From: Candidatus Krumholzibacteriia bacterium
GTDB lineage: Bacteria > Krumholzibacteriota > Krumholzibacteriia > Krumholzibacteriales > Krumholzibacteriaceae
Reading direction: 5' to 3'
DNA length: 64,000 bases
NCBI GenBank assembly: GCA_963836185.1
Contig: CAWIIQ010000004.1
Location: forward strand, 79,221-143,220
Shown here: positions 19,892-29,858 of the stretch, one piece after another
How the letters are laid out: the number at the start of each line of letters is the position of its first letter
Position numbering within the stretch: the stretch's first letter is position 1
The notes under the pieces: model-generated
Database searches by the model: none
What the model saw: the letters and a program-made list of their open reading frames with translations, nothing else
What the model was told of the DNA's origin: nothing
Translations under genes and position numbers: made by a program

Positions 19892-20860
19892 TTATCCGGA
19901 GAGTCTGCCGAAAAACTTGCGGAACCAGGAATCGGACAGGTAGGAGTCGTACTCGAATTTACTGCCTCCCCATCGTTCCTTGTAATCGATGAGGGAGTGT
20001 GCGTCGGGCGGGGAAGAACCGAGATTTATCGTGCGTATCCCTTTTTCGACCGCCATCTGGATCGAATCGGAGAGAAGGACATGGTTCGGCTTAAGATGCC
20101 GGTATTCGTAGTTCCACACCGTCTGCCAGTTAAACATCGAGTCGTTATACATGAAATTGATCCTTGATCCGATCATCTCACCGTTTGTGTTGAGGCATGT
20201 CCAGCTCATCATCTCTGAATCACCGAGATGTTTCAGTACGCTGGCAAAGAAGTGCTTGGTGTAGAGGTTGCGAATCGACCCGTGCCTCTTCTCTGTCATC
20301 TCGTACAGCCTGTAGAAATCGTTTAGCTGGTCCCTGCTTCTGACGCGGCAGATATCGGTGTCCGCCCGCTGTCCGGAGCGGATGTGCCCATTGATCTTCT
20401 TGTCACGGGGTGAGTGCCCGTTCTCAGCGTCGAGATGGATGATATGCGTGAAGACGTCCTTGTGCCTCAGGAAGGGTTCGACAAGCTCGGAGAGGTTGCG
20501 GTCGAAATCGGTGATCGATATCCTCGAGAACCTGCCGTTCTTGAGATACCTGACAAGATGGACGTAGAACTCATCGCGCGTATTGCCGTTTACGCCCTCG
20601 GCGAGGATAACCTCACCGTATGTTCCGTAGGGCATCGAGTAAAACGACTTGAACAGGAGCTGCTTCGTGATGACGGCCGGCATCCCCGCGACCAGTCTGC
20701 CGTCCTCGAAGCCGCAGAGAAACTCGGAATGCGATCCGGGTGAGAGGCCGTCGACGCATGTATCCACCCACTGGTAGGTGTGGAAGAAAGAGGCGTCTTT
20801 CGTCAGCGACTCCCATGCTGGGACATCGAGCGATTTCCTGTCTATCACACGGAATTCCAT
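19892..20860 (-). CDS. GNAT-family (FemAB-related/Acetyltransf_6) protein
   Basis: SFFHTYQW, YSMPYGTYG, FYRLY, KPNHVLL, NLGSS, LIDYKERWGG. Confidence 0.75.
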   Translation of the reverse strand: MEFRVIDRKSLDVPAWESLTKDASFFHTYQWVDTCVDGLSPGSHSEFLCGFEDGRLVAGMPAVITKQLLFKSFYSMPYGTYGEVILAEGVNGNTRDEFYVHLVRYLKNGRFSRISITDFDRNLSELVEPFLRHKDVFTHIIHLDAENGHSPRDKKINGHIRSGQRADTDICRVRSRDQLNDFYRLYEMTEKRHGSIRNLYTKHFFASVLKHLGDSEMMSWTCLNTNGEMIGSRINFMYNDSMFNWQTVWNYEYRHLKPNHVLLSDSIQMAVEKGIRTINLGSSPPDAHSLIDYKERWGGSKFEYDSYLSDSWFRKFFGRLSG

Positions 20861-21043
20861 CAGATCTCCGGCAAAATATGAACGGGGCCATTCTAGAAGT
20901 CATTCTGATGCCGCTGTTCCGGTCATCGGCGAATCGCGGCCGGCCGGAATACCCCTGTCACGCCATCTGAATGTAATACATGGGTTTCGATTCGTCAACG
21001 AGCCAAACCATACCTGAAGGCTAAATAATTCCCCGGTAAAAGG

Positions 21044-21072
21044 TTGATTTCCTGAGGTATCTGTATTACCTT
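21044..21072 (+). promoter_or_regulatory. Putative rnf promoter
   Basis: TTGATT-17bp-TACCTT about 65 bp upstream of rnfA. Confidence 0.35.
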
Positions 21073-21138
21073 AATCCCGTTTAATTCAGTAATTTGGAGA
21101 GAATCGTAAGTTTTCCCGGAAAAGATGGCAGGTGAACG

Positions 21139-21720
21139 ATGCCCAAGCTCGTCATAATCATTATAAGCGCTGTCCTGGTAAACAATTTTGTCCTGATGAG
21201 ATTTCTCGGGATCTGCCCCTTCCTCGGGGTATCCAAAAGGGTCTCTACGGCGGCAGGCATGAGCGGGGCTGTGCTGTTCGTGATGACGATGGCCTCAGTG
21301 GTCACATGGCTTATCTATCATTACGTCCTCGTTCCGTTCGGCCTGACATACCTTCAGACAGTCAGTTTTATCCTCGTAATAGCCAGTCTCGTACAGCTTG
21401 TCGAGCTCGTACTTCAGAAACTCAGTCCGGCCCTGTACAAGGCGCTGGGAATATTCCTGCCCCTGATCACTACCAACTGCGCCGTTCTCGGAGTTTCCGT
21501 TCTCAATATCCAGAAGGAATTCACCCTGATCGAGACGACCCTCTTCGGCGTTGGCGCCGCGATCGGATTCGGGGTCGCGATGATCCTCTTCTCGGGACTG
21601 AGAGAGAGGATAGAGCTCTGCGATACGCCGATCCCGTTCAGGGGAACGGCCATCGGCCTTGTCACAGCCGGGCTGCTCTCCCTCGCGTTCATGGGATTTA
21701 CCGGGCTGGTCAAGCTTTAG
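21139..21720 (+). CDS. rnfA: Rnf complex subunit A
   Basis: LVNNFVLMRFLGICPFLGVS, LPLITTNCAVLG. Confidence 0.95.
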   Translation: MPKLVIIIISAVLVNNFVLMRFLGICPFLGVSKRVSTAAGMSGAVLFVMTMASVVTWLIYHYVLVPFGLTYLQTVSFILVIASLVQLVELVLQKLSPALYKALGIFLPLITTNCAVLGVSVLNIQKEFTLIETTLFGVGAAIGFGVAMILFSGLRERIELCDTPIPFRGTAIGLVTAGLLSLAFMGFTGLVKL

Positions 21721-21775
21721 GCCGGCCGCGATCCGGATAGAAATAGAAACGATTCTGCGGAGGAAGTAAAAAAAG

Positions 21776-22612
21776 ATGATCACTGCTGTTATCGCACTTG
21801 CGGCTCTCGCTCTCCTGGCCGCTTTCGGTCTGGCCATCGCGGCGCGGGTCTTCGCCGTTCCGACCAATCCGAAAGCGGAAGAGATCGAGGAAGCTCTTCC
21901 CGGCGCCAATTGCGGCGCGTGCGCTCTTCCAGGATGCTCCGAGCTTGCCAGGCGGATCGCCGAAGGGAAGGCCGACGTCGATGCCTGCCCGGTCGGGGGC
22001 GAGCCGGTGGCCCTCGCCATCGCCGATATCATGGGCATCGAGTTCGAAGGCGGAGCCGACAGGGAAGTGGCGCTGGTCCTCTGCAAAGGGAGCGACCAGG
22101 TCGCGGCAAAGCGTTTTTTCTACAACGGAGTGTATGACTGCAACTCGGCCGCACTCGTCTTCGGCGGTGACAAGGCCTGTACTTACGGCTGCCTCGGCCT
22201 TGGTACGTGCGCCGGTGTATGCCCCTTCGGCGCGATAGAGATGCTGCCGGGCGGACTTGCCAGCGTCGATCCCGAGAAATGCACGGGATGCACGAAATGC
22301 GTTTCGGCCTGTCCCAAGGGGATCATCAAGATGGTCCCGGCGAAGAGGAATCTGCATATACTCTGCAGCTCGCACGACAAGGGAGGAGCGGCGAGGAAGC
22401 ACTGCAAGGTCGCCTGTATCGGCTGCATGAAGTGCGTAAAGGCCGCGCCAGAAGGCGCGATAAACATGGATAATTTCCTCGCTGTCGTCGATTACGGATT
22501 TGAGATCCCGGCCGAGGTCGCAGCGGAATGTCCGATGAACACGATAGTCGTTATCGGGGAGGCTGCCGCCGCGGGTGAACAACCAGTGGCAGCGGCGGGA
22601 GGTGATGCGTAA
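21776..22612 (+). CDS. rnfB: Rnf complex subunit B (polyferredoxin)
   Basis: LPGANCGACALPGC, CLGLGTCAGVCP, CTGCTKCVSACP, CIGCMKC. Confidence 0.93.
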   Translation: MITAVIALAALALLAAFGLAIAARVFAVPTNPKAEEIEEALPGANCGACALPGCSELARRIAEGKADVDACPVGGEPVALAIADIMGIEFEGGADREVALVLCKGSDQVAAKRFFYNGVYDCNSAALVFGGDKACTYGCLGLGTCAGVCPFGAIEMLPGGLASVDPEKCTGCTKCVSACPKGIIKMVPAKRNLHILCSSHDKGGAARKHCKVACIGCMKCVKAAPEGAINMDNFLAVVDYGFEIPAEVAAECPMNTIVVIGEAAAAGEQPVAAAGGDA

Positions 22613-23937
22613 TGGGAAGCGGCAAGTTCTTCGGAGGCGTTCATCCATCGTATAACAAGGGACTGGCCGACTCGCGCGCTGTAGTCGAGATGCCTCTTCC
22701 AGAAAAGCTCGTAGTCTTCTTCGCCCAGAACCTAGGCGCTCCCTCGCAGCCCGTCGTCAAGAAGGGCGACGAGGTGAAGAAGGGGCAGGTCATCGCCGAG
22801 TCGGGAGGATTCGTCTCGACACCGGTCCATGCCCCGACATCGGGAACAATAGATTCGATAGGTGTGCATCCGTCGCCTGTCGGCGTCGACGCGCCCGCCG
22901 CGGTGATCATTCCAGATGGAAAAGACGAGTGGTGCGAGGGGTGCGGAGTCGAGAGGTCGAGCGGAGACCTCGATGCCGAGAAGATAAAAGAGATCATCCA
23001 TGACAACGGGATCGTTGGTATGGGGGGAGCGACATTCCCGACTCACGTGAAGCTCTCGCCTCCCGCCGGGAAGCTGATGGATACCCTTATAATAAACGGC
23101 GCCGAATGCGAGCCCTACCTGACCGCCGATCACAGGCTGATGGTCGAACATGCCGAGGGGATCCTCGACGGCGCGGCCCTTTTCGCCGCGGTGATCGGGG
23201 TCGGGAAGGTCATTATCGCGATAGAGAAGAACAAGCCCGACGCCATAGAAGTGATGCGCAAGGCCGTCGGCGGCCGCACGGGCTTCAGCGTCGAGGCGAT
23301 GGATGTGATATATCCGCAGGGAGCGGAGAAGCAGCTGATATACGCTATAACGAAGAGGAAGGTGCCTGCCGGCGGGCTGCCGATGGATGTCGGCGTCCTC
23401 GTGCAGAACGTGGGGACGGCCCTGGCCGCCTACGATGCCGTACGGTTCAACAGGCCCCTGATCGAGCGCGTCGTCACCGTTACAGGAAGTGGGATAAAGG
23501 AACCGAAGAACGTTCTCGCGCGGGTGGGGACGAGGTTCGAGGACCTCGTCGAGTTCTGCGGCGGACTCGAGGGCGGCGCGGCCAAATGCATAAACGGCGG
23601 GCCGATGATGGGCGTGGCTCAGTACTCGCTCGAAGCCGCTGTCACGAAGGGCACGAGCGGGCTCGTGATCCTCAGGCAGGAAGAGGTAGCGCAGTTCGTC
23701 AGCGACGCGTGCATCAGGTGCGCTCGCTGCCTCGATGCCTGCCCGATGCGGCTTAATCCTTCGGCCCTCTCGATATTCACGGAGAAGATGAGGTTCGAGG
23801 ATACCAGCGAATATAACGTCATGGACTGCATAGAATGCGGCTGCTGCGCCTATGTGTGCCCGTCGAGAAGACCGATGGTGCATCATTTCAGAAGGGCGAA
23901 GGCCGAGGTAAGGAAACTGCAGAGAAAAGCCGGCTGA
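22612..23937 (+). CDS. rnfC: Rnf complex subunit C
   Basis: GGVHP, GIVGMGGATFPTHVK, NGAECEPYLTAD, GGPMMG, two 4Fe-4S motifs. Confidence 0.95.
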   Translation: MGSGKFFGGVHPSYNKGLADSRAVVEMPLPEKLVVFFAQNLGAPSQPVVKKGDEVKKGQVIAESGGFVSTPVHAPTSGTIDSIGVHPSPVGVDAPAAVIIPDGKDEWCEGCGVERSSGDLDAEKIKEIIHDNGIVGMGGATFPTHVKLSPPAGKLMDTLIINGAECEPYLTADHRLMVEHAEGILDGAALFAAVIGVGKVIIAIEKNKPDAIEVMRKAVGGRTGFSVEAMDVIYPQGAEKQLIYAITKRKVPAGGLPMDVGVLVQNVGTALAAYDAVRFNRPLIERVVTVTGSGIKEPKNVLARVGTRFEDLVEFCGGLEGGAAKCINGGPMMGVAQYSLEAAVTKGTSGLVILRQEEVAQFVSDACIRCARCLDACPMRLNPSALSIFTEKMRFEDTSEYNVMDCIECGCCAYVCPSRRPMVHHFRRAKAEVRKLQRKAG

Positions 23938-23978
23938 TGACCGGCCGATGAGACCTGGAGGTCCCTTTGGAAGAGAAT

Positions 23979-25049
23979 ATGGAAGGAAAAAAACCCGAGG
24001 AGAAGCCGGCGGCTGCTCCCGCGCCCAAGCCGAAGCCGAAGAAGGCAGAGGTCGGGCCGAGATTCGTCGTAAGCTCCTCACCTCACATGCACGACGGCCG
24101 TACCGTGGCGCAGATCATGAGGCTCGTGATCATCGCGCTCGCGCCGGCCGCGCTCTTCTCGATCTATATCTTCGGCCTCGACGCGTTGAGGGTGATCGTG
24201 ATCTCGATCGCATCCGCGATGATCTTCGAAGCGATATCCCAGAAGGTCATGAAGAGGCCCATAACACTTCGTGAAGGCAGTGCCGCTCTTACCGGGCTGC
24301 TGCTGGCGATGAACCTGCCTTCGACCTCGCCGTGGTGGCTGATAGTCGTCGGCAACCTCTTCGCCATAGTCATAGCGAAACAGCTCTACGGCGGGCTGGG
24401 ATACAATCCCTTCAACCCGGCGCTCGTCGGCCGTGTAGTCCTGCTGATCTCGTTTCCCGTCCATATGACAGCGAGGTGGGTGACCAATTCGAGGTTCGGA
24501 ACCGATGCCGTGACCACGGCGACCCCACTGACCCAGATGAAAGAAAGCCTCGCGACGCTCGGTCATATCGATATTGCCTTCGGAAAGGAACAGGTCTTCG
24601 ATCTGCTGATCGGCAACAGGGCCGGCTGTCTCGGTGAGACATCGATAGTGCTGCTTGCCCTCGGCGGGCTCTTCCTGATCTGGAAGAGGGTCATTTCATG
24701 GCGTATACCGGTATTGTTCATCGGCGCAGTCTGGGCGATGACCGGCATTTTCCATCTGATAGATCCGACGCACTATGCCGATCCATCATTTCACGTTATT
24801 ACAGGCGGGCTCTTTCTCGGCGCGATATTCATGGCGACCGATTACGTGACCAGCCCCGTGACAAAAAAAGGAATGCTTATATTCGGAGCCGGATGCGGCA
24901 TCATCACGGTATTGATAAGGCTCTGGGGCGCGTATCCCGAGGGAGTGAGCTTCGCGATACTGCTCATGAACGCGGCGACGCCCCTTATAGACAGGTATAC
25001 GAAGCCCAAGGTATTCGGTGCGGTTGATACAAAGAAAGCCGCGGCGTAG
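23979..25049 (+). CDS. rnfD: Rnf complex subunit D
   Basis: SSSPH, YGGLGYNPFNPALVGR, DAVTTATPL (FMN-Thr), GCLGETS, FMATD, YPEGVSFAILLMN. Confidence 0.95.
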   Translation: MEGKKPEEKPAAAPAPKPKPKKAEVGPRFVVSSSPHMHDGRTVAQIMRLVIIALAPAALFSIYIFGLDALRVIVISIASAMIFEAISQKVMKRPITLREGSAALTGLLLAMNLPSTSPWWLIVVGNLFAIVIAKQLYGGLGYNPFNPALVGRVVLLISFPVHMTARWVTNSRFGTDAVTTATPLTQMKESLATLGHIDIAFGKEQVFDLLIGNRAGCLGETSIVLLALGGLFLIWKRVISWRIPVLFIGAVWAMTGIFHLIDPTHYADPSFHVITGGLFLGAIFMATDYVTSPVTKKGMLIFGAGCGIITVLIRLWGAYPEGVSFAILLMNAATPLIDRYTKPKVFGAVDTKKAAA

Positions 25050-25065
25050 TGGAGGTTATCAAGGT

Positions 25066-25725
25066 ATGAAAGAGATTATACGGTTGTGTTTCGTCCTCAC
25101 CCTGATCGCCGCGGTTTCGGCGGGCGTATTGGCGTACGTCAACGAAAAGACAGCCGAGCCGATCGCGAAAGCCCTTCTCGAAGAGAAGATGAGCGCTGTC
25201 CGCAGCGTCCTGCCGCCTTATGACAATGAGCCTGACAAGGACATGATCACGATCGGTCTGGCCGACGGAGATTCACTCGAGGTCTATCGAGGACGTAAAG
25301 ACGGAGCCGTCACCGGAGCGGCATTCGCGATCACATCTCCCGACGGTTATTCCGGGGACATCGAGTTTATGATCGGCGTAGACGGGGAAGGCGTGATGCA
25401 GGGGCTGATGGTGCTGAATCATCTCGAGACGCCCGGTCTGGGAGCCAAGATCGAAACAGACGCTTTCAGGGGCCAGTACAAGGGCAAGAGCCTCGAGAAT
25501 CCCGAGCTCTGGGAGGTCACAAAGGACGGCGGGACATTCGTTCCCATCACCGGAGCGACCATATCGTCGCGGGCCATAACGAGGGCCGCGGCGAAGGGAC
25601 TGAAGCTCTTCGAGGAACATAAGGCCGAGATCTTCGAGTCCGCGGCCGGACAGGGTAATACCGAAACGGGAGTGGATTCCGCTACAGTCGAGGAAGACGA
25701 AGTGGATGGGGAGGTGCAGCAGTGA
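25066..25725 (+). CDS. rnfG: Rnf complex subunit G
   Basis: N-terminal TM, GYSGDI, ETPGLGAKI, ITGATISS. Confidence 0.93.
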   Translation: MKEIIRLCFVLTLIAAVSAGVLAYVNEKTAEPIAKALLEEKMSAVRSVLPPYDNEPDKDMITIGLADGDSLEVYRGRKDGAVTGAAFAITSPDGYSGDIEFMIGVDGEGVMQGLMVLNHLETPGLGAKIETDAFRGQYKGKSLENPELWEVTKDGGTFVPITGATISSRAITRAAAKGLKLFEEHKAEIFESAAGQGNTETGVDSATVEEDEVDGEVQQ

Positions 25726-26423
25726 AGGCATGGGATGAGTTCATAAAGGGATTCTGGAGTGAGAACCCGATATTCAGGCTGGTGCTCGGTCTCTGCCCGA
25801 CCCTGGCCGTCACGACCTCGGCCGAGAACGGCCTCGGGATGGGGCTCGCATCGACATTCGTGCTCGTCTGCTCGAACCTCGTGATCTCTTCGATAAGGAA
25901 GTTTATCCCCAAGAAGGTACGTATCCCCGCGTATATCGTCACTATCGCGACCTTCGTCACGATAGTCGATCTCGTGATGAACGGATACTTTCACGCCCTG
26001 CACAAGAGCCTGGGGCTGTTCATACCTCTGATCGTGGTCAACTGCATCATCCTCGGCAGGGCGGAAGCGTTCGCCTCGAAGAACCCTGTATGGGTATCGA
26101 TCATTGATGGATTCGGTATGGGGTTCGGGTTCACGATCTCACTGATCGTGCTCGGAGCGATCAGGGAGATCATCGGGAACGGCACGATCTTCAACATCTC
26201 GATATTCGGTGACGGCTACCTGCCGCTGCTCCTGATGATCCTGCCTCCAGGCGCCTTTATCGTACTCGGCATACTGCTCGGCCTGATGAACAAGGCAGAG
26301 ATAGCGCTGGCCGAAAAGAGCGGGCGGCAGCCGATCATCCGCAAGGAGCATGACTGCGCGAGCTGCGCGATCCACACCAAGTGGTTCGACTTCTCCGCGA
26401 AAGAAGAGTCTGTTTCCGAGTAG
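25722..26423 (+). CDS. rnfE: Rnf complex subunit E
   Basis: LGLCPTLAVT, IPLIVVNCIILGRAEAFA, LPPGAF. Confidence 0.95.
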   Translation: MKAWDEFIKGFWSENPIFRLVLGLCPTLAVTTSAENGLGMGLASTFVLVCSNLVISSIRKFIPKKVRIPAYIVTIATFVTIVDLVMNGYFHALHKSLGLFIPLIVVNCIILGRAEAFASKNPVWVSIIDGFGMGFGFTISLIVLGAIREIIGNGTIFNISIFGDGYLPLLLMILPPGAFIVLGILLGLMNKAEIALAEKSGRQPIIRKEHDCASCAIHTKWFDFSAKEESVSE

Positions 26424-26445
26424 CGGTATGGATAATTAAGACAGC

Positions 26446-26479
26446 AAAAGGACCGGGATCGTTCCCGGTCCTTTTTTTT
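26446..26479. terminator. Intrinsic terminator after rnfE, probably bidirectional
   Basis: aaaaggaccggga-tcgt-tcccggtcctttttttt. Confidence 0.9.
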
Positions 26480-26482
26480 CAG

Positions 26483-26578
26483 CTAAAAGCGTGAATAGAT
26501 CCCCAGCAGCAGGAAAGCGGTTATCGCCGCGGCGTGCAGTATCCACCAGCCGGCGGTTCCCCTGCGAAGATTTTTCAT
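26483..26578 (-). CDS. 31-aa single-TM microprotein (below ORF-track cutoff)
   Basis: MKNLRRGTAGWWILHAAAITAFLLLGIYSRF*; GGAGG 7 nt upstream; fills the gap between the upstream gene and the terminator. Confidence 0.65.
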   Translation of the reverse strand: MKNLRRGTAGWWILHAAAITAFLLLGIYSRF

Positions 26579-26581
26579 CGC

Positions 26582-27067
26582 TCAACCTCCCAGGAGCCTC
26601 CCGGCCGCGAAAACGGCCGAAACGTAGAAGAAATGCCGCGTCCACCAGCGCGGTGTGAACATCCTGCCCATTCCCAGGGGCCTGTAGTGATGGAGGATCC
26701 TCTGTCCGATGATCAGCTTTGGTATCGAGAGAAGTATGACCGGCAGCATGCTGTCGAAGATGATCGTATCGATCCCCGGCAGGCCGCTCCAGCCCGATAT
26801 TCCGAGGTATCCCATCATCACCGTGCCTGTTATCACAGCGAAACCGTTTATGAGATAGCCGGTGAGCCATGTCTTCTCACGTGAGAGAAGGATGGGTACA
26901 GCGATGACGCCTGCCAGGCCCAGGAGAAACGGGACGATATTGGCGTGGCTGGCCGGCGCGCCGGGAAGCGGGATCGGATGGTACCGCCAGTGCATGAGCA
27001 GCCCTCCGAGAGAGAGGAGCACGAGGGAGGCGAGCTCACCGCGGATAGATACTTTCGGCTCAGTCAT
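26582..27067 (-). CDS. His-containing integral membrane protein
   Basis: About 5 TM; LLMHWRYHP, ILHHYRP, WWTRH. Confidence 0.7.
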   Translation of the reverse strand: MTEPKVSIRGELASLVLLSLGGLLMHWRYHPIPLPGAPASHANIVPFLLGLAGVIAVPILLSREKTWLTGYLINGFAVITGTVMMGYLGISGWSGLPGIDTIIFDSMLPVILLSIPKLIIGQRILHHYRPLGMGRMFTPRWWTRHFFYVSAVFAAGRLLGG

Positions 27068-27530
27068 CATCCTCGGGTTCCTCATCCTCTTCTTCTTCCT
27101 CTTCCGGCACAGATGCGAACTCCCTGACCCACGTCATGATCGCTTTCACTTCCTCGTCCGAGAGGGGCGCCGCCATGATCGGCATCTTCTTGCCCTTCAT
27201 CCCTTCTCCGCCGATGATCTTGAGAAGGAGATAGCTGCTCGACGGGTCGGTAGTATCGATGAGCATGTACTCGCTGTTCTGCGCACTCGGGACGTCGATC
27301 ATGTTTTCAGGGATATCTTCAGCCTCGAGGCTCAGATCCTTCTTCGGATGATCGCCCCCATGACAGGTTGACGACGCGCAGCTGTTTCCGAAGATCTCCC
27401 TTACCCTGACATCGAGTTCATTCTCAACGGATTCTGTTTCAGTGGTATCCGGCTCTTCATCCTGGCCCGCGAATACGACGCCGGCTATAAAGGACAAGGC
27501 CAGCACACTTATCAGGATGTACCTTCTCAT
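27060..27530 (-). CDS. Periplasmic monoheme c-type cytochrome-like protein (CX4CH)
   Basis: Signal peptide; IFGNSCASSTCHG; SSSYLLLKI...KKMP...LSDEEVKAIMTWV. Confidence 0.7.
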   Translation of the reverse strand: MRRYILISVLALSFIAGVVFAGQDEEPDTTETESVENELDVRVREIFGNSCASSTCHGGDHPKKDLSLEAEDIPENMIDVPSAQNSEYMLIDTTDPSSSYLLLKIIGGEGMKGKKMPIMAAPLSDEEVKAIMTWVREFASVPEEEEEEDEEPEDDD

Positions 27531-27559
27531 GCCATTGTCTCCTTTCCATACTGTTTCGG

Positions 27560-28571
27560 TCAGTCGAACAGTTCGATTTTTCCGCCGAAGTTTCCTGCAA
27601 ACTCGAAGACATCGCCTGGAAGGGCGAAAACAGCCCTTACGCCTGGGGCGTCTTCACCGATACTCATTCCTTCTTCCGGCCCGAGAACGAACAGGCCGGT
27701 CGAGAGGGCATCTGACTCTGTTGCCGATGGAGCTATGACTGTTACTCCGAGTACATGATCGACGGTCTGGCCCGTGCGAGGATCGACGATATGCCCGTAT
27801 TTTTTCCCGTCGATGACGACGAAGTTCTCATACTGCCCTGACGTGGCTACTGCCTCGTTACTTATCAGAAGCTTTCCTATGATGCCGGACGGGTCCTCCG
27901 GGTCACGTATCCCGATAGACCATGCTTCCCGACCCGGAGGCGTTCCGATAGCGAACATGTTCCCGCCTAGATCGACCAGGGCGCTTTCCGCTCCATGATC
28001 CCTGAGAATAGCGACGCATCGGTCGACTGCGTATCCCTTGCCTATGCCTGCGAGGTCTATCGTCGCTCCTCCATGCAATGCGATCGAGGTATCCGCGGCG
28101 TTGAACACGATCTTCCGCCAGCCGACCTTCAGGAGGGCACCAAAGATCTCCTGACGCGACGGCAGTTTCGGTTCGCCTCCCTGGAATCCCCACAGCTTTA
28201 CTACCGGCCGCGCGGTGACGTCGAATGCTCCTCCTGTCATCCTGCTGAATGAAACCGCCTTGTTGAGCAGCAGGAAGAGTTCCCGCGATACCTTGACCGG
28301 CTTGTTCTGCGCGTCACGGTTGAGCTCGCGAGATCTCGCTGTCCTCTTTCCACGTGCTCATGACCTCTTCGATGCGGTGCATCTCGCGGACAGCAGACGC
28401 CGCTGCGGTTTCCGACTCTTCGTCAGTAAGCCCGTAGATCGTTATAGTCCCCCTCGTGCCCATCACGAAGGTCTGCTTGACGAACGGCTCCTGCTCAGAC
28501 GCGCAGGAGGGGAGGCCCGCCAGGCTTAACAGAAGAAGAAAGAGCACATGGAGAATACTGGTCATTTTCAT
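27560..28571 (-). CDS. apbE: FAD:protein FMN transferase ApbE (frameshifted near 28320-28340)
   Basis: Lipoprotein signal, VMGT, TGGAFDVT, IDLAGIGKGYAVD, VATSGQYE, HIVDPRTG, SDALST. Confidence 0.9.
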
Positions 28572-28572
28572 A

Positions 28573-29844
28573 TCAATATCCCGGCTTTCCGAGAAGGTTG
28601 AACATCCTCGTCTTGTATTCCTCGACACCGGGCTGGTCGAACGGATTTACTCCGATCAGCCTTCCAGACACGGCGATCGCCAGCTCGAAGAAGATGAACA
28701 GGGATCCTATCGCCGCCGGATCGATATGCTCGAGTTCCAGGGTCATCACGGGCAGTCCTCCTGCCATGTGCGCCGCCTTCGTCCCCTCGTATGCCTTGCG
28801 GTTGACCTCGGACAGAGATCTTCCCGCGATGTAATTTAGCCCGTCGAGATCCTCGCTGTCCATCGGGATCTCGATGTCCCTGTTAGGCCGGGCCGAGATG
28901 AGGAATGTCTCGAGGATCTTCCGCGAACCCTCCTGAAGAAGCTGGCCGAGTGAATGAAGATCGGTGGTCATTACTGTAGAGGAGGGATAGAGCCCCTTGC
29001 CTTCCTTTCCCTCCGACTCACCGGCGAGCTGTTTCCACCACTCGCATACCCACGACAGTTCGGGGTGGAAGGTGGAAAGGACCTCTATCTCGATACCCCT
29101 GCCGTGCAGGAGCGCCCTGGAAAGGGCGTATCTCAGGGCTTCGTTGCCATGTTCCTCCCTCGTCCAACGATTCAGGCCGCTGCATGCTCCACTGACAATT
29201 TCACCGACCGGAATACCGGCAGCCGCGAACGGAAGGAGACCTACAGGGGAGAGGACGCTGAACCTTCCGCCCACATCGTGCGATATCGGGAATATCTTCC
29301 AGCCCTCGGTGCCTGCCATCTGCCGTAGGGCTCCCTTGACGGGATCGGTTATCGCGACGATCCTTTCATTGCATCCTGAACGCCCGCAATCCTCGATCAG
29401 GCGGTTTCGGAGAAGCCTGAAAGCGACGGCCGGCTCGGTCGTAGTCCCCGATTTCGAGATGGCGCATATCGAGAAACGTTTCCCCTCGAGATAGTCAAGA
29501 AGGTCGGCATGGTATTCGGGAGAGAGCGAGTTCCCCGCGAAAAGTACGGGGAAGGGAGCGTGATTCTTGAGCGCCTCGATGCCTGCTCTGGCGCCGAGGT
29601 ATGAACCCCCGATGCCGACTACGACGAGGCAGTCGCTCTGGTCCTGGATCCGTTTACCTACGTCCTGGATCTCCTCGACATCCCGGGGTGGAAGGCATGG
29701 GAGGGCAAGCCAGCCGAGCATGTCGGATCCAGCGCCCTCGCCCTTAATAAGAGAGCCCAGGGCCTCCATGGCCCCGGGCATCCCGTTATTCAGATCGTCT
29801 TCAGTCAGGTGGGGAGCGAGTGTCCCCGTATCGAGAGTCAGCAA
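28573..29844 (-). CDS. pgi: Glucose-6-phosphate isomerase
   Basis: VGIGGSYLGA, SKSGTTTEP, DVGGRFSVLSPVGL, QLAGESEGK, NPFDQPGVEEYK. Confidence 0.95.
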   Translation of the reverse strand: MLTLDTGTLAPHLTEDDLNNGMPGAMEALGSLIKGEGAGSDMLGWLALPCLPPRDVEEIQDVGKRIQDQSDCLVVVGIGGSYLGARAGIEALKNHAPFPVLFAGNSLSPEYHADLLDYLEGKRFSICAISKSGTTTEPAVAFRLLRNRLIEDCGRSGCNERIVAITDPVKGALRQMAGTEGWKIFPISHDVGGRFSVLSPVGLLPFAAAGIPVGEIVSGACSGLNRWTREEHGNEALRYALSRALLHGRGIEIEVLSTFHPELSWVCEWWKQLAGESEGKEGKGLYPSSTVMTTDLHSLGQLLQEGSRKILETFLISARPNRDIEIPMDSEDLDGLNYIAGRSLSEVNRKAYEGTKAAHMAGGLPVMTLELEHIDPAAIGSLFIFFELAIAVSGRLIGVNPFDQPGVEEYKTRMFNLLGKPGY

Positions 29845-29858
29845 TTCAGATCTCCTTA

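Noticed and set aside
22732-24081. Long - strand ORF (449 aa), representative of similar ones at 32396..33799, 61262..62392 and 12817..13890
   Set aside because: These are antisense shadows of well-supported genes (rnfC, rmuC, SLC12-like, lyase), expected at high GC, and show no recognisable motifs.
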